A program made the translations under genes and the position numbers. From positions 195,733 to 259,732 of IMG/VR virus record IMGVR_UViG_3300029286_000009: DNA of 64,000 bases. One strand, given 5' to 3'. Position 1 is the stretch's first letter, and the number at the start of each line of letters is the position of its first letter. Positions 9,622 to 18,922 of the stretch are shown piece by piece. The notes beneath the pieces are model-generated. The model ran no database searches. It was given only the letters and a program-made list of their open reading frames with translations, and was not told the origin of the DNA.

Positions 9622-9977
9622 CAGTAGTGTCCTTCTACAAAAAATTTATGAATGGTTGCCCTAAGGTTATTTCGTGATATTGTCTGTAATGCGTTTACTT
9701 GCCATTTAGTCGGGTCTTGTTTATTTTTGCTTTGCGTGCGAACATTTATTTCTGTAAAACCGTTAAGGTAGTCGTTAACAATTACGATTCCATATTTGTG
9801 GTGTCTAAATATATATTGGGTATACTGAGTAGAAGAATATTGCAAATTTTGCTGTCGCTTTGATTGTAAACTAAACCCATGGTCTCGCATAATCGCCTCT
9901 ACTGTGTCTGAACTAAACCATGCTGTTAACAACGGTATAAGGCAAAGCAATAAGATTATGTGTGCAAATCTAAACAT
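9621..9977 (-). CDS. hypothetical secreted protein
   Basis: Hydrophobic N-terminal signal-like segment. Confidence 0.5.
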   Translation of the reverse strand: MFRFAHIILLLCLIPLLTAWFSSDTVEAIMRDHGFSLQSKRQQNLQYSSTQYTQYIFRHHKYGIVIVNDYLNGFTEINVRTQSKNKQDPTKWQVNALQTISRNNLRATIHKFFVEGHY

Positions 9978-10219
9978 AATTCTCCGCGGACTAACTTTTC
10001 TTTTTGCTTCCTACTTAATTTTTTAATTTTGTGCTCCAGTCTACACGCCACCGATCTATTAGGACAATCTATAGCCCATATCGCATACACAGGCAATCTC
10101 CTTGTGGTATACTTAGCTCCTTTTCCAGCATTATGCACTGCTACTCTTCTGTCTATATTAGTAGTTGTTCCGCAATACAGGGTATCGTCAGAGCACTGTA
10201 GCAGATAAACTTTCCACAT
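9956..10219 (-). CDS. GIY-YIG nuclease (YhbQ/UPF0213-like)
   Basis: VYLLQCSDDTLYCGTTTNIDRRVAVHNAGKGAKYT...EHKIKKLSRKQK. Confidence 0.9.
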   Translation of the reverse strand: MWKVYLLQCSDDTLYCGTTTNIDRRVAVHNAGKGAKYTTRRLPVYAIWAIDCPNRSVACRLEHKIKKLSRKQKEKLVRGELCLDLHT

Positions 10220-10574
10220 CTAATCCACCCGCAGATTGGCACATAGGGCACACGGCGTAATTACCCGGCGGGTCACCAGGACCGCGAGTATAAAATATTA
10301 TCTCCAATTCACTGTCTTTACCTGACCAACCACATTTGCAGATATATTTATAATTGGGGTATTCTATGATCTGAATTTTCATTTTTCTGTGCCTCTACTA
10401 TAATTATAGTACCCAACTTCGTCTTCGGGTAAAGTTTCTCCGTGCATAAAAGTCAATCTAGTAATAAACTCTTGTAATTCCCATTGATTTTTTTCTAGAT
10501 GATTTACGTATTCTTTGAGAGCAAACATAACTACTTGATATTCTTCGTCTGTAATGTATAATAATTTTGACATC

Positions 10575-11195
10575 TTAGTCTCCTACTAACCTCCTAATAA
10601 CTGTAGATGCAGTAGCTGATTTCTTTATAGAATAGAAAAGGTCAGATACCCTGGTGGCAGATATAGCATCTAGTTTCAAATAAGGCACAGGGTTGTGTGT
10701 TTTTCCTTTTACCATCAATTCTAAATGTAAATGAGCACCGTTAGATTTTCCAGTATTTCCTACCTCACCTATAATTTGCCTAGCAGTTACCTGTTGCCCT
10801 TTATTTACTTTAACTAATCCAAGATGTGCATAGTAGGTGAACGTTTCTGGTTGGTGTTTTAGCAGTATGGCATTCCCATATCCACTTAAATTCCGATGTC
10901 TTCCCGCGTACACTACACTACCTGACATACAAGCTCTTACTGGTGTGCCTTTTGGGGCTGCTATATCTATACCTTGGTGGAAGTGTCCATGCCTATTACC
11001 AAAGGGAGAACAGATTTCGCCCCCTGCTACGGGAAAAAATAATGCTATACTCGGCGAGATTTGGCGGGGCAAAATAGGAATACCACTTCGCCCGCCAATT
11101 TTTTTGTTCTCTGTAGGAACTATTTTAGTCCTCACTGATGTATGTGCACATGAGACTAAAAGTAGTAGAGAAAATATGCAGATTAAATATCGCAC
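10575..11195 (-). CDS. M23 family metallopeptidase lipoprotein (NlpD-like)
   Basis: Lipobox LLVSC; HQGIDIAAPKGTPV, YAHL and HLHLE motifs. Confidence 0.9.
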   Translation of the reverse strand: MRYLICIFSLLLLVSCAHTSVRTKIVPTENKKIGGRSGIPILPRQISPSIALFFPVAGGEICSPFGNRHGHFHQGIDIAAPKGTPVRACMSGSVVYAGRHRNLSGYGNAILLKHQPETFTYYAHLGLVKVNKGQQVTARQIIGEVGNTGKSNGAHLHLELMVKGKTHNPVPYLKLDAISATRVSDLFYSIKKSATASTVIRRLVGD

Positions 11196-11362
11196 TGGCT
11201 TCTGTTATGATGTGTCTACTTCCTTTACTAAAAATTTTGCATCTCCTATTTCAAAACCGTCAATATCAAACATCACATTGTTGTATAAACAATCTTCTAG
11301 TTGTGTTAGGTCAAAATCGTCTGCTACTTCTCCGATAATCCGAATGTATATTTCTGCTTTTT

Positions 11363-11644
11363 TCATGTAACACCAGTAGCTTTCCTGATATAGTTCAGTG
11401 CTAACTCCAATAAAGCATTGTAAGCTATTTTGGTTTGATTCCCTAACAATTCGCTACCAAAATAGCTGTCTAATTTACCTAACACATAGTTCTTCTTTTC
11501 CAACCCGGTGTAGGCTGACCCATCTTCATGTTTTAGTGTTTCCGCTTCAGTTACTACGGTAATTACTTGTGTAATCACTTCCTTGCCTACTCCTAAAGCC
11601 CACCGGACTAGAATCCATACTAAACTCCATAAAATTGCTTGCAT
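11363..11644 (-). CDS. putative holin (LL-H-like)
   Basis: N-terminal TM followed by VTEAE...GLEKKNYV; next to the M23 peptidase. Confidence 0.45.
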   Translation of the reverse strand: MQAILWSLVWILVRWALGVGKEVITQVITVVTEAETLKHEDGSAYTGLEKKNYVLGKLDSYFGSELLGNQTKIAYNALLELALNYIRKATGVT

Positions 11645-11646
11645 TT

Positions 11647-12297
11647 TCAGTTTCCTACTACTGTATAGTCTGTAAATGAGTCACCATAAAAGTTAGTGGT
11701 ATTCATAGCACATAATTTTGCTAGGCGAGCAGTACCACTGCAAGTCATGGCGAATGCATACTTAGTTTTACTGACATCATACTTAGCCGTGTTGCCCGCA
11801 TTTAGTCCCAATGACTGCCCTTGCCCCCAAGCGTCAGCGACTGCCCCAATATAAGTAAATGTCCAGTTACCTAATTCAGTCTTATCCGCTATCAGCTTTT
11901 TCACCTGGTCATAAGAGAACTCCCTTGAAGCATTCTCCTGCCCATCCGTGATAATTAACATTAACATCTTTTCATTATACGGAACTGTTCCTAGCGTATT
12001 AATAGTTCGTCCCACCGCATCTAACAATGCAGTCCTTCCCCTAGGTATGTAGGTTATTCTATCTAGATTACCAACCTCGTGGAGGGGTTTTTTGACGTAG
12101 TTAATCTCATACTGGTCATCAAACTGAGTAAGGCTAATAAAATACTCAGTTTCTTTGTCTTTCTTTAGTCCTTCTAGGTAAGAGTTAAAACCCCCTATAG
12201 TATCATCCCAACATGAGCACATAGACCCGGATCGGTCTAGAATTACACTAACATGCACTTTGTTCTTTCTTGAAAATGGACAAATAAATTCACTCAT
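11647..12297 (-). CDS. von Willebrand factor A domain protein
   Basis: MIDAS motif ILDRSGSM; TALLDA; ITDGQENAS. Confidence 0.9.
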   Translation of the reverse strand: MSEFICPFSRKNKVHVSVILDRSGSMCSCWDDTIGGFNSYLEGLKKDKETEYFISLTQFDDQYEINYVKKPLHEVGNLDRITYIPRGRTALLDAVGRTINTLGTVPYNEKMLMLIITDGQENASREFSYDQVKKLIADKTELGNWTFTYIGAVADAWGQGQSLGLNAGNTAKYDVSKTKYAFAMTCSGTARLAKLCAMNTTNFYGDSFTDYTVVGN

Positions 12298-12517
12298 TTA
12301 TTACCTCGTAGTTTAACGTGTTCCTCATGGGTAACAAAATTACCCGCTTTGTCTCTATACCTAAATCCCATTCCTTCGCATATTTTACATAGCATTACTC
12401 CTTCTTCGCACTCGTATAAGTCCCGTGGATAATTACACTGGACACACTTCTTCGGATCATCGGGCCAGTCACATTTGAATGTACCTTGACCCATACATTG
12501 GGGGCAGGAGCATGGCA

Positions 12518-12868
12518 TTATCCTCTATGCCCCCGTCGCCACTCCTTCACACCCCGAGACATACGGTGTTTATGTTCTCCAGGGTGATTACGTTTCCATT
12601 GTAAGTAACTTTGCATTTCGTCTTTTTGTAGTAGCTCGTCTAAAGTCATTTCGGATAGGGCTTTGTTGGAAAAGAGCATGTGAACTTGTCCTCCGCAGTC
12701 AGCACAACAAGGAACAGTTTCCAAACCTCGCCCTCCCCTACTCTTGGGTTTTAGATGATGCCGTTGCGTGGCGGGGACGGTTTTACATAATTTACACAGA
12801 TTGTTTACAAGTGTATTGAATTCTTCGTTTAATGGCTTCCCCATAATACCGTTCCCCATGTATGGCAA
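12518..12868 (-). CDS. HNH endonuclease-like protein
   Basis: CKLC...RHHLKPKSRGG...CADC..QVHMLFSNK. Confidence 0.75.
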   Translation of the reverse strand: MPYMGNGIMGKPLNEEFNTLVNNLCKLCKTVPATQRHHLKPKSRGGRGLETVPCCADCGGQVHMLFSNKALSEMTLDELLQKDEMQSYLQWKRNHPGEHKHRMSRGVKEWRRGHRG

Positions 12869-13433
12869 TAGCTTCGCAAGAAATTGCGAACTTTAATGTA
12901 ATCCTATCCTCTTGTGTCTTATTTTCTTTTTGTTGTATTCTCTCCAAATGGCTTTTTGTGTAGAAACCCAGTTCCAGGGCTTTATCATAGAAAGCTGTAT
13001 AGGTATTGACTGGGGGTTCTTGCCCCAGTAATTGTTTGTATATACCCCAAGATACTTCTTCAACTGTTGCGAGTAGAAGAGAGGCTCGGTCAGGTAAATC
13101 AATACCACATCTCCCCTCATTAAAAAAGACTATTTCTTGACTGGATGCCAGCCTATCCCTCATATTGAGTGCTTTATCGATGCAACAAATGGCAGTCCCT
13201 ATACCCGATACTTGTCCATAGTAGTAATCAAAATCTTTTGTTCTACCTGCCAGGTTTGCCTTTTTCATATTTTGTTTTGCGATTTTTAATTCCATCTGGA
13301 GCATATTCTGAATATTCTCAAGGTTAGTTTCTGCTCGCTGGATTTCAGAATCACATTCTTGCAGTAGTTCAACGACTTTTGTCTTGTCCTCGGTACGTTG
13401 CATATAAACATCTATAAATTTAGAAATATCCAT
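12792..13433 (-). CDS. hypothetical coiled-coil protein
   Basis: 213-aa ORF with GGAGG RBS. Confidence 0.55.
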   Translation of the reverse strand: MDISKFIDVYMQRTEDKTKVVELLQECDSEIQRAETNLENIQNMLQMELKIAKQNMKKANLAGRTKDFDYYYGQVSGIGTAICCIDKALNMRDRLASSQEIVFFNEGRCGIDLPDRASLLLATVEEVSWGIYKQLLGQEPPVNTYTAFYDKALELGFYTKSHLERIQQKENKTQEDRITLKFAISCEAIAIHGERYYGEAIKRRIQYTCKQSV

Positions 13434-13679
13434 TTTACCCCCTCCTATTTCTTTAAGAAAACCTCAAACCCATCAACTTCTAGTGTCTTCAGCGTGTCAC
13501 GGCATTTTGAACACAACAAGACGGGTATCCTTTTGTTGGGTGCCGCCACGGATTGATTCACCATGATATACAATTTGTCCTTATATCCGGACGCCAGTGC
13601 GGTATCTAATTTACGGCGGCAATCAAAACAAAAAGTTATGTCGCCTAGGCTTTCGTCCACTGCTTATACCCTTTTTCGT

Positions 13680-14537
13680 TTAATGTGTTCCGCCTAAAAA
13701 TAGCTGATCCATTAACTCATCTTTAGATTCCAACTGGGGTGTCTGATTAAAACCATTTTTTTCTAATTTCTCATTTATTTTTGCAACTAAATCACAGTAG
13801 CTGATGTTCCAATTTGCTTCTTTTAAAGTTTGTGCTAGGTAATATGTCATAGCACCATTATAATGCCCGTCTATAAACGCGTCCGCACTTGTTTGTGCGT
13901 CGCTTGAGCCCGAAATCAACACAGCATTTCCTTGTGTAGTAACATTGTGTAGAAACGACTGCGACCTCAGTCTATCCTGTCTCAGACGCGATGTCATTGG
14001 CTTAAGATTCTCGTCTAATTCCATATCACCAGATTCTAATAACACATGCAAAGGCGGTGGCATATACCTGCTCTTAACAAAGTGCCCATTTTTAACTGTC
14101 GGGGAATTTTTTAGTATGGTTCCAGAAAAACATGCATCAATGTGACATAGGAGGTGTGCGTTTGGATTCGCACACATAATTACCTTATTAATGTCATCAT
14201 CCCGTAAAGGAAGATCCCAATCCATGTCGATCGGACATATACATTCATCCATACGGTCGGTTTCCCATGTCGCTGTTTCGGTTGTGCAATTAACTTGAGT
14301 ACCGTGCCCTGAGTAGCCCCAAAATGCTTTGTCGTTGTCTTGTAGGTTATTTACTAACCACTGAAGACCTCTCATTATGTTTTTTCTGGTGGCCTTTTTA
14401 TCATCTAAAATCTTGAATTCTGAGAAGCCATAGACGTCTTTTAGAATTTTGTAAAGCAGAATGACATCATTTAGGCAACCTGAAAGAGGCGAATCCGGGT
14501 AAGCATTGATTGCAATGAGCAGGGCACGTTTCTTCAT
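13680..14537 (-). CDS. caspase family (C14, metacaspase-like) cysteine peptidase
   Basis: KRALLIAINAY..LSGCLND; YSGHG (His) and IDACFSG (Cys); QTSADA; GAMT; QTPQL. Confidence 0.92.
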   Translation of the reverse strand: MKKRALLIAINAYPDSPLSGCLNDVILLYKILKDVYGFSEFKILDDKKATRKNIMRGLQWLVNNLQDNDKAFWGYSGHGTQVNCTTETATWETDRMDECICPIDMDWDLPLRDDDINKVIMCANPNAHLLCHIDACFSGTILKNSPTVKNGHFVKSRYMPPPLHVLLESGDMELDENLKPMTSRLRQDRLRSQSFLHNVTTQGNAVLISGSSDAQTSADAFIDGHYNGAMTYYLAQTLKEANWNISYCDLVAKINEKLEKNGFNQTPQLESKDELMDQLFLGGTH

Positions 14538-14550
14538 CTTGTCATACTCC

Positions 14551-14763
14551 TTATTTGCTAAAATCTGCCTTTAGCTCCTTAAGCTTTTTGATTTTTTCTA
14601 TGATTTGTGTTTCCACATTTTCTTTAGAATCCCCAATAACGGAGAAGCGAGGAAAGTTTATAATTCTGCCCTTCCAACTAATCTTTTTTCCATCCCTTCT
14701 ATATTCTGTGATTTTTTCTAACACGGGGATATAATAATCAACATCTCTTTTATACTTATACAA
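14551..14763 (-). CDS. HicB-like (antitoxin N-terminal fold) small protein
   Basis: WKGRIINFPRFSVIGDSKENVETQIIEKI resembles the HicB motif x-x-P-G-C-x-T-x-G-x-T-x-E-E-A. Confidence 0.45.
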   Translation of the reverse strand: MYKYKRDVDYYIPVLEKITEYRRDGKKISWKGRIINFPRFSVIGDSKENVETQIIEKIKKLKELKADFSK

Positions 14764-14770
14764 TACCTTT

Positions 14771-14904
14771 CTCCTTGTCTTATGGCGAGCACTTTAGCGT
14801 GCTCGCCGCTCCTTGTCGGGGAACCGACCACACAGGCGATCGGGTTTTGCTTGTATGCCACTATCACATATCCCTACCTATTTACAAGCAAGTTTTAAGT
14901 GGCA
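14771..14904 (-). promoter_or_regulatory. Structured leader/operator region of the leftward operon
   Basis: Hairpins at 14784-14807 and 14815-14828; interleaved inverted repeats TTGCTTGTA/TACAAGCAA and TGCCACT/AGTGGCA. Confidence 0.5.
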
Positions 14905-14936
14905 CCCACCCTTTTATACTTTTGTTTCTAAGATAG

Positions 14937-15800
14937 TTATTTGTATTTTTCCAGTGCTGTTTGTATTTGTTTACAGCATATATCAAAATATTGCTGGTCA
15001 ATCTCAAAACCAATAAATGCTCTATTAAGATTGATGCATGCTAGAGCTGTATTTCCGATACCCATAAATGGATCTAATACCATGGTGGTTTTTGTAGTGC
15101 CATGTAATTTAATACACATTTCTGCAAGTTCAGCCGGAAATGACGCTGGATGTGGTCTTTCTTTTTCTCTTGATACAATTGTCTTGTAGGGGATGAACCA
15201 CGTATTCCCTCGGCACCTAAGTCCTGTTGTGTTAGATTTCCATCTAGCCTTATTAGACTTATCTTTGTAAGGTGTACCGATCGCTAGGCGGTCTAACTCT
15301 ACATCTCCTTGTTTCGTAAAATGGAATATATATTCGTGTGCGTCGGACAAATAACGACGACTGTTAATCGGCTTTATATGTCCAACATTGATATCTTCTG
15401 TCAGATTATGATTATCGCCCGCCGCATTTTTCTCTATTACTATGGATTTGATCCAATGAATAGTATTCTGCAAACACAAATACTTCTTGATACGAAGTGC
15501 AACCTCTGTAGGTACCCAAGGGTCAGAGGGTTTGCTACCCATGTTCAGAAATAGGGAGCCGCGTGAGTCAAGTACGCGTACGACCCCTTCTGCCCAACGC
15601 TCTATCCAGTCTAAATAAGTCCCACGGCTAATTTTGTCATTATAAGAATTATATTTTACACCGATATTATATGGAGGAGAAGTGACTACAACACTGACTT
15701 CTTCCTTACCTATTTTTTCCATTCCGTTTAAACAATCTTCCCGGAAAAGACTTATCTTCTCTGTTTTCAAGCACCTATCTACATTAGAACATAATGCCAT
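14937..15800 (-). CDS. DNA methyltransferase, beta class (N4-cytosine/N6-adenine family)
   Basis: VVTSPPY (motif IV), HPASFP, VLDPFMGIG (motif I); probable start 15800 with CAGGAG RBS. Confidence 0.92.
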   Translation of the reverse strand: MALCSNVDRCLKTEKISLFREDCLNGMEKIGKEEVSVVVTSPPYNIGVKYNSYNDKISRGTYLDWIERWAEGVVRVLDSRGSLFLNMGSKPSDPWVPTEVALRIKKYLCLQNTIHWIKSIVIEKNAAGDNHNLTEDINVGHIKPINSRRYLSDAHEYIFHFTKQGDVELDRLAIGTPYKDKSNKARWKSNTTGLRCRGNTWFIPYKTIVSREKERPHPASFPAELAEMCIKLHGTTKTTMVLDPFMGIGNTALACINLNRAFIGFEIDQQYFDICCKQIQTALEKYK

Positions 15801-15947
15801 CCGAATATCTCCTGTTGTAATTACCAATCTAATATCTACTAATAAGTATAGTACCCAAAAAATTTTCAAAAAGTGAAAAATAGTTGTATTTCTTTTTGAT
15901 TTCATAAAGTTATAAATATTTTTACCCTGTTTTTCTCCATCCTGGGG

Positions 15948-16120
15948 CACTTTTGGGTACTATAATAATATTAGTTTTGTTGAAAAAGGAAAAGAGATAT
16001 ATTAATAGTGTACACTCAGTGGAGTGTAATCCGCGAGAATAATAGTGTACCGGAGAAAATAATATACTAGCTAGATAATAATGTACCGGAGAAAATTGTA
16101 CCCCCGAAAATAATAGTTTT
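15948..16120. repeat. Strand-switch region with promoter and imperfect direct repeats
   Basis: TGTACCGGAGAAAAT at 16046 and 16082, with variants at 16025 and 16097; AATAGTGTAC twice; TATAAT at 15961. Confidence 0.6.
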
Positions 16121-16158
16121 ATAGCTCTGGAAAAGTAATAACTCTATAGAGGTCTGAT

Positions 16159-16632
16159 ATGACTAGAAGATTTCATGCTACCGTTATTGATGAGTATTTG
16201 TTATTGAAAAGGAAAGTTGCTAAGTGTGTAGATAAGGCTAAGCTTCATGATAAAGCTATACTGAAGCAGAGGAAAATATTAGAATCAGCGAGAAGATGGA
16301 TAAAACGCATGTTGGAAATAGAGCACATTTGTCGAGATAATGGCTGGCCGCATCCTGATACGTTTGACTCTGATTATACTGATGTGTTTACGAAGCAGAG
16401 TATTTTAAATACAGATCCATTTAGCAAGGCGTTGTTGACCCCAGATGGTAATCGTCCTGATAATATGTTCACTTCCTTTTCTAGTGTAGCTGACCAGCTA
16501 TTAACCGATTTAAAGTATCTAGCAGACACAAATGTATTACCGCCTACGGATAAAAAGCCTAGTCTTTTTAGTCCAGATGGCAATCGATTCGTTTTGAATC
16601 TCGAAAATAACACTAAGGAGACAGCAGATTAG
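16159..16632 (+). CDS. hypothetical protein
   Basis: GAGG RBS; internal (T/S)PDGNR duplication. Confidence 0.6.
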   Translation: MTRRFHATVIDEYLLLKRKVAKCVDKAKLHDKAILKQRKILESARRWIKRMLEIEHICRDNGWPHPDTFDSDYTDVFTKQSILNTDPFSKALLTPDGNRPDNMFTSFSSVADQLLTDLKYLADTNVLPPTDKKPSLFSPDGNRFVLNLENNTKETAD

Positions 16633-17505
16633 ATGTTGCTATTACTCGGGCAAAACACTGTTACTGCTGGAACTATAAAAAATGCAAAGTGGTTGCACTT
16701 ACCTGGGTATGCTCCTAGATGCTTATGCGGTGCCGAAGATGGGTTTGCTGTAGTTAACCCGTACGCGTACCCGGTATCTGCGAATGAGTGTATCTCGGTA
16801 ATCATGGATGGTACTGTTAATTGTATGTGTTACTACGACAATGAGGTTTTGGCGGGGACCAACACAGGAATATATAGTCTTGATTGGTCTTCTTATGGGC
16901 ACTATGCAGATGGTGGTAATCCTCTGGATGCAAGTGATAGCCTTTCTCTTAATTATAATACAACAAATGGGTTGCTCTCTGACCAAATTATCTCCTTAGA
17001 TGCATGTAATGAGTATCTGGTAGTGGTGACTTCTGTGGGGCTAAGTTGGAAAAAATCCAGTGGTGAGTTTATTAACTATGTGACTACTTCTGGTCATAAG
17101 GCATTTGTTGATTCTAGTCCTACTACCTACTTAGCAGATGGAAATACACTCAGAATTAAATATGGTGAACCAGTATCTTTTGACGCATGGGATACGGAAA
17201 TTGATCTGGGGGAGAGTATAAATGACCTTTGGGTAAGTAGTAATGTCATTTTTATGGCAACTGATATTGGCATAAGTATTTGGAATAGCGGTAGTCTTTA
17301 TAACTACACGGCGGTCTCTGGTAGCTTACCTTTACGTCGTATTACAGGTGAACTTGATACCACATTTGATTGGGGACATATTTTCGTCGCTAGTAGTGAT
17401 TGTATAAATATATTTAATTTGAAACAGAAAGCAATAGAGAGTCATATAGACTTTAATGATTCTGCTGTGTTATGTATTGACTACCCTAGAATATACAGTA
17501 GGTGA
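16633..17505 (+). CDS. beta-propeller-like protein
   Basis: Repeated beta-strand units (VLAGTNTGIY, LVVVTSVGLS, IFMATDIGIS); NGLLSDQI. Confidence 0.55.
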   Translation: MLLLLGQNTVTAGTIKNAKWLHLPGYAPRCLCGAEDGFAVVNPYAYPVSANECISVIMDGTVNCMCYYDNEVLAGTNTGIYSLDWSSYGHYADGGNPLDASDSLSLNYNTTNGLLSDQIISLDACNEYLVVVTSVGLSWKKSSGEFINYVTTSGHKAFVDSSPTTYLADGNTLRIKYGEPVSFDAWDTEIDLGESINDLWVSSNVIFMATDIGISIWNSGSLYNYTAVSGSLPLRRITGELDTTFDWGHIFVASSDCINIFNLKQKAIESHIDFNDSAVLCIDYPRIYSR

Positions 17506-17541
17506 GCCAACAAAATAACTAACTTAGTATAGGAGATAAGA

Positions 17542-17871
17542 ATGGGAGATTTTTCACGGAATGTTGACCCTGTGCCTCTTAATGGCGGGGTTTTAGTAAG
17601 GGTAGTAGGTAATAGCCAAATGACTACAGGTGGTATTTATCTACCTGAAACTGCATCTACCCGCCCAGTTCAAGGTGTAGTAGAGTGTGTAAGTCGCGGT
17701 TATTATGATCCATCCGGCTCATGGCTGGACCACGAGGTACACATAGGTGATGTAGTAATTTTCAATTGGAGGTCAGGTTTTGATTTAATCTTAGATGATG
17801 CGGAATATCGTATCATTCACGAACGCGACATTGTCGCAATACTAAAAGGAGCTAACTATGGCGAAGAATGA
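17542..17871 (+). CDS. groES: co-chaperonin GroES (Cpn10)
   Basis: PLNGGVLVR, mobile loop TTGGIYLPETA, GVVECV, GDVVIF, YRIIHERDIVAIL. Confidence 0.9.
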   Translation: MGDFSRNVDPVPLNGGVLVRVVGNSQMTTGGIYLPETASTRPVQGVVECVSRGYYDPSGSWLDHEVHIGDVVIFNWRSGFDLILDDAEYRIIHERDIVAILKGANYGEE

Positions 17872-18148
17872 CATTTTTGATGGAAGTAGGACTTTGACTA
17901 AGGGGCAGGTTCGTATTTATGATGGCAATCGCCACATGCCCGACCAACTGGATGAAATTGCTCCAGTAACCAGGCATGCGACATGGGCATCTATCAGAGA
18001 GCGTCAGCGACAAGGTAAGCCGGTACCGCAATCTTTTTCTTTAGATGAAGTAGAACTCATTGTAAAGACTGCGGTTGCAGAGGCTTTACGAGAGGTAAGG
18101 GGCATGTCATTAGGTGAGGACGCCGAAATGTCCGTAGCGGGAAAATAA
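17858..18148 (+). CDS. hypothetical protein
   Basis: RBS; overlaps groES. Confidence 0.55.
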   Translation: MAKNDIFDGSRTLTKGQVRIYDGNRHMPDQLDEIAPVTRHATWASIRERQRQGKPVPQSFSLDEVELIVKTAVAEALREVRGMSLGEDAEMSVAGK

Positions 18149-18237
18149 TTGCGGTCTGAGGCAGAAGTAGGTACTATATTTATATGTAGGAGGGGAAGAA
18201 CCCTTTCTTGTCTAAAAAGGAAAAAGGAGAATTTTAC

Positions 18238-18525
18238 ATGAATTTTCAGTTTTTAGTAGAGAGTTGTGTATCAATGTTTAAGGGACAAGCAGTAACCAAA
18301 AAGATTGCGGAAGCCATTATTAGGAATGTTTTTGATGATATTTCTGATGGTATGGTAAGAGGTGAGAGTATTAATGTACGTGGCTTTGGTACCTTCAGTG
18401 TAACCGAAAAGAAGGGTCGTGCGTATGTTGAACCGCGTACGCAGTCAACGGTGTATGTAGATGCGAAGAACTATCCAAGATTTTCGGCGTCACCAGTGTT
18501 GAAGGATGCAGTAAAGGGAAGCTAA
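18238..18525 (+). CDS. HU/IHF-like histone-like DNA-binding protein
   Basis: GESINVRGFGTFSV...EPRT...PRFSASPVLKDAVK. Confidence 0.92.
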   Translation: MNFQFLVESCVSMFKGQAVTKKIAEAIIRNVFDDISDGMVRGESINVRGFGTFSVTEKKGRAYVEPRTQSTVYVDAKNYPRFSASPVLKDAVKGS

Positions 18526-18528
18526 AAG

Positions 18529-18909
18529 ATGGACTTTTATAAAGCACAAGTGAAGGCTGTAAGTAAGGCAAAAGCACGAGAAATCTTAAAGAAGATGCAG
18601 GCACAAGGTATTGAGGAAATGCACCTCCCTGCTATTCCTCGTCGTGAGATCGGGTCATTTCTAATTGATGAACGCCCCAATCTGTGGACTATTGAAGTTG
18701 ACGGTGTTCCTTGCTTTGAAGTGATTTCGAATAAGATTGCGGCATCTGCTATGCTACGCATGTTGGATGAGTGTGGTCAAGACAAAATAAATCTTGCTCC
18801 GCTTTGTCCGCAATTCTTGGAAGACTTTCTTGCAGATAAACGTAAGGACGTTATGGCGTTTGAAATTGCACATACAGATCCAGGGGAAGAGCTTCCTGGT
18901 CATGTGTAA
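18529..18909 (+). CDS. hypothetical protein
   Basis: Operon context. Confidence 0.55.
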   Translation: MDFYKAQVKAVSKAKAREILKKMQAQGIEEMHLPAIPRREIGSFLIDERPNLWTIEVDGVPCFEVISNKIAASAMLRMLDECGQDKINLAPLCPQFLEDFLADKRKDVMAFEIAHTDPGEELPGHV

Positions 18910-18922
18910 TCTGGGGTAAATT

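Larger units (their letters stand above)
407..15800 (-). other. Leftward early/accessory gene block of a large phage (dozens of short, tightly packed ORFs)
   Basis: Abutting or overlapping minus-strand ORFs with GGAG-type RBSs, many with CxxC motifs; layout typical of phage early regions. Confidence 0.8.

Noticed and set aside
15801-15950. N-terminal extension of the methyltransferase in the ORF track
   Set aside because: AT-rich promoter-like DNA; a better start with an RBS is at 15800.
16004-16111. Possible mini-CRISPR array
   Set aside because: Repeats are about 15 nt, degenerate and irregularly spaced, with no cas genes.
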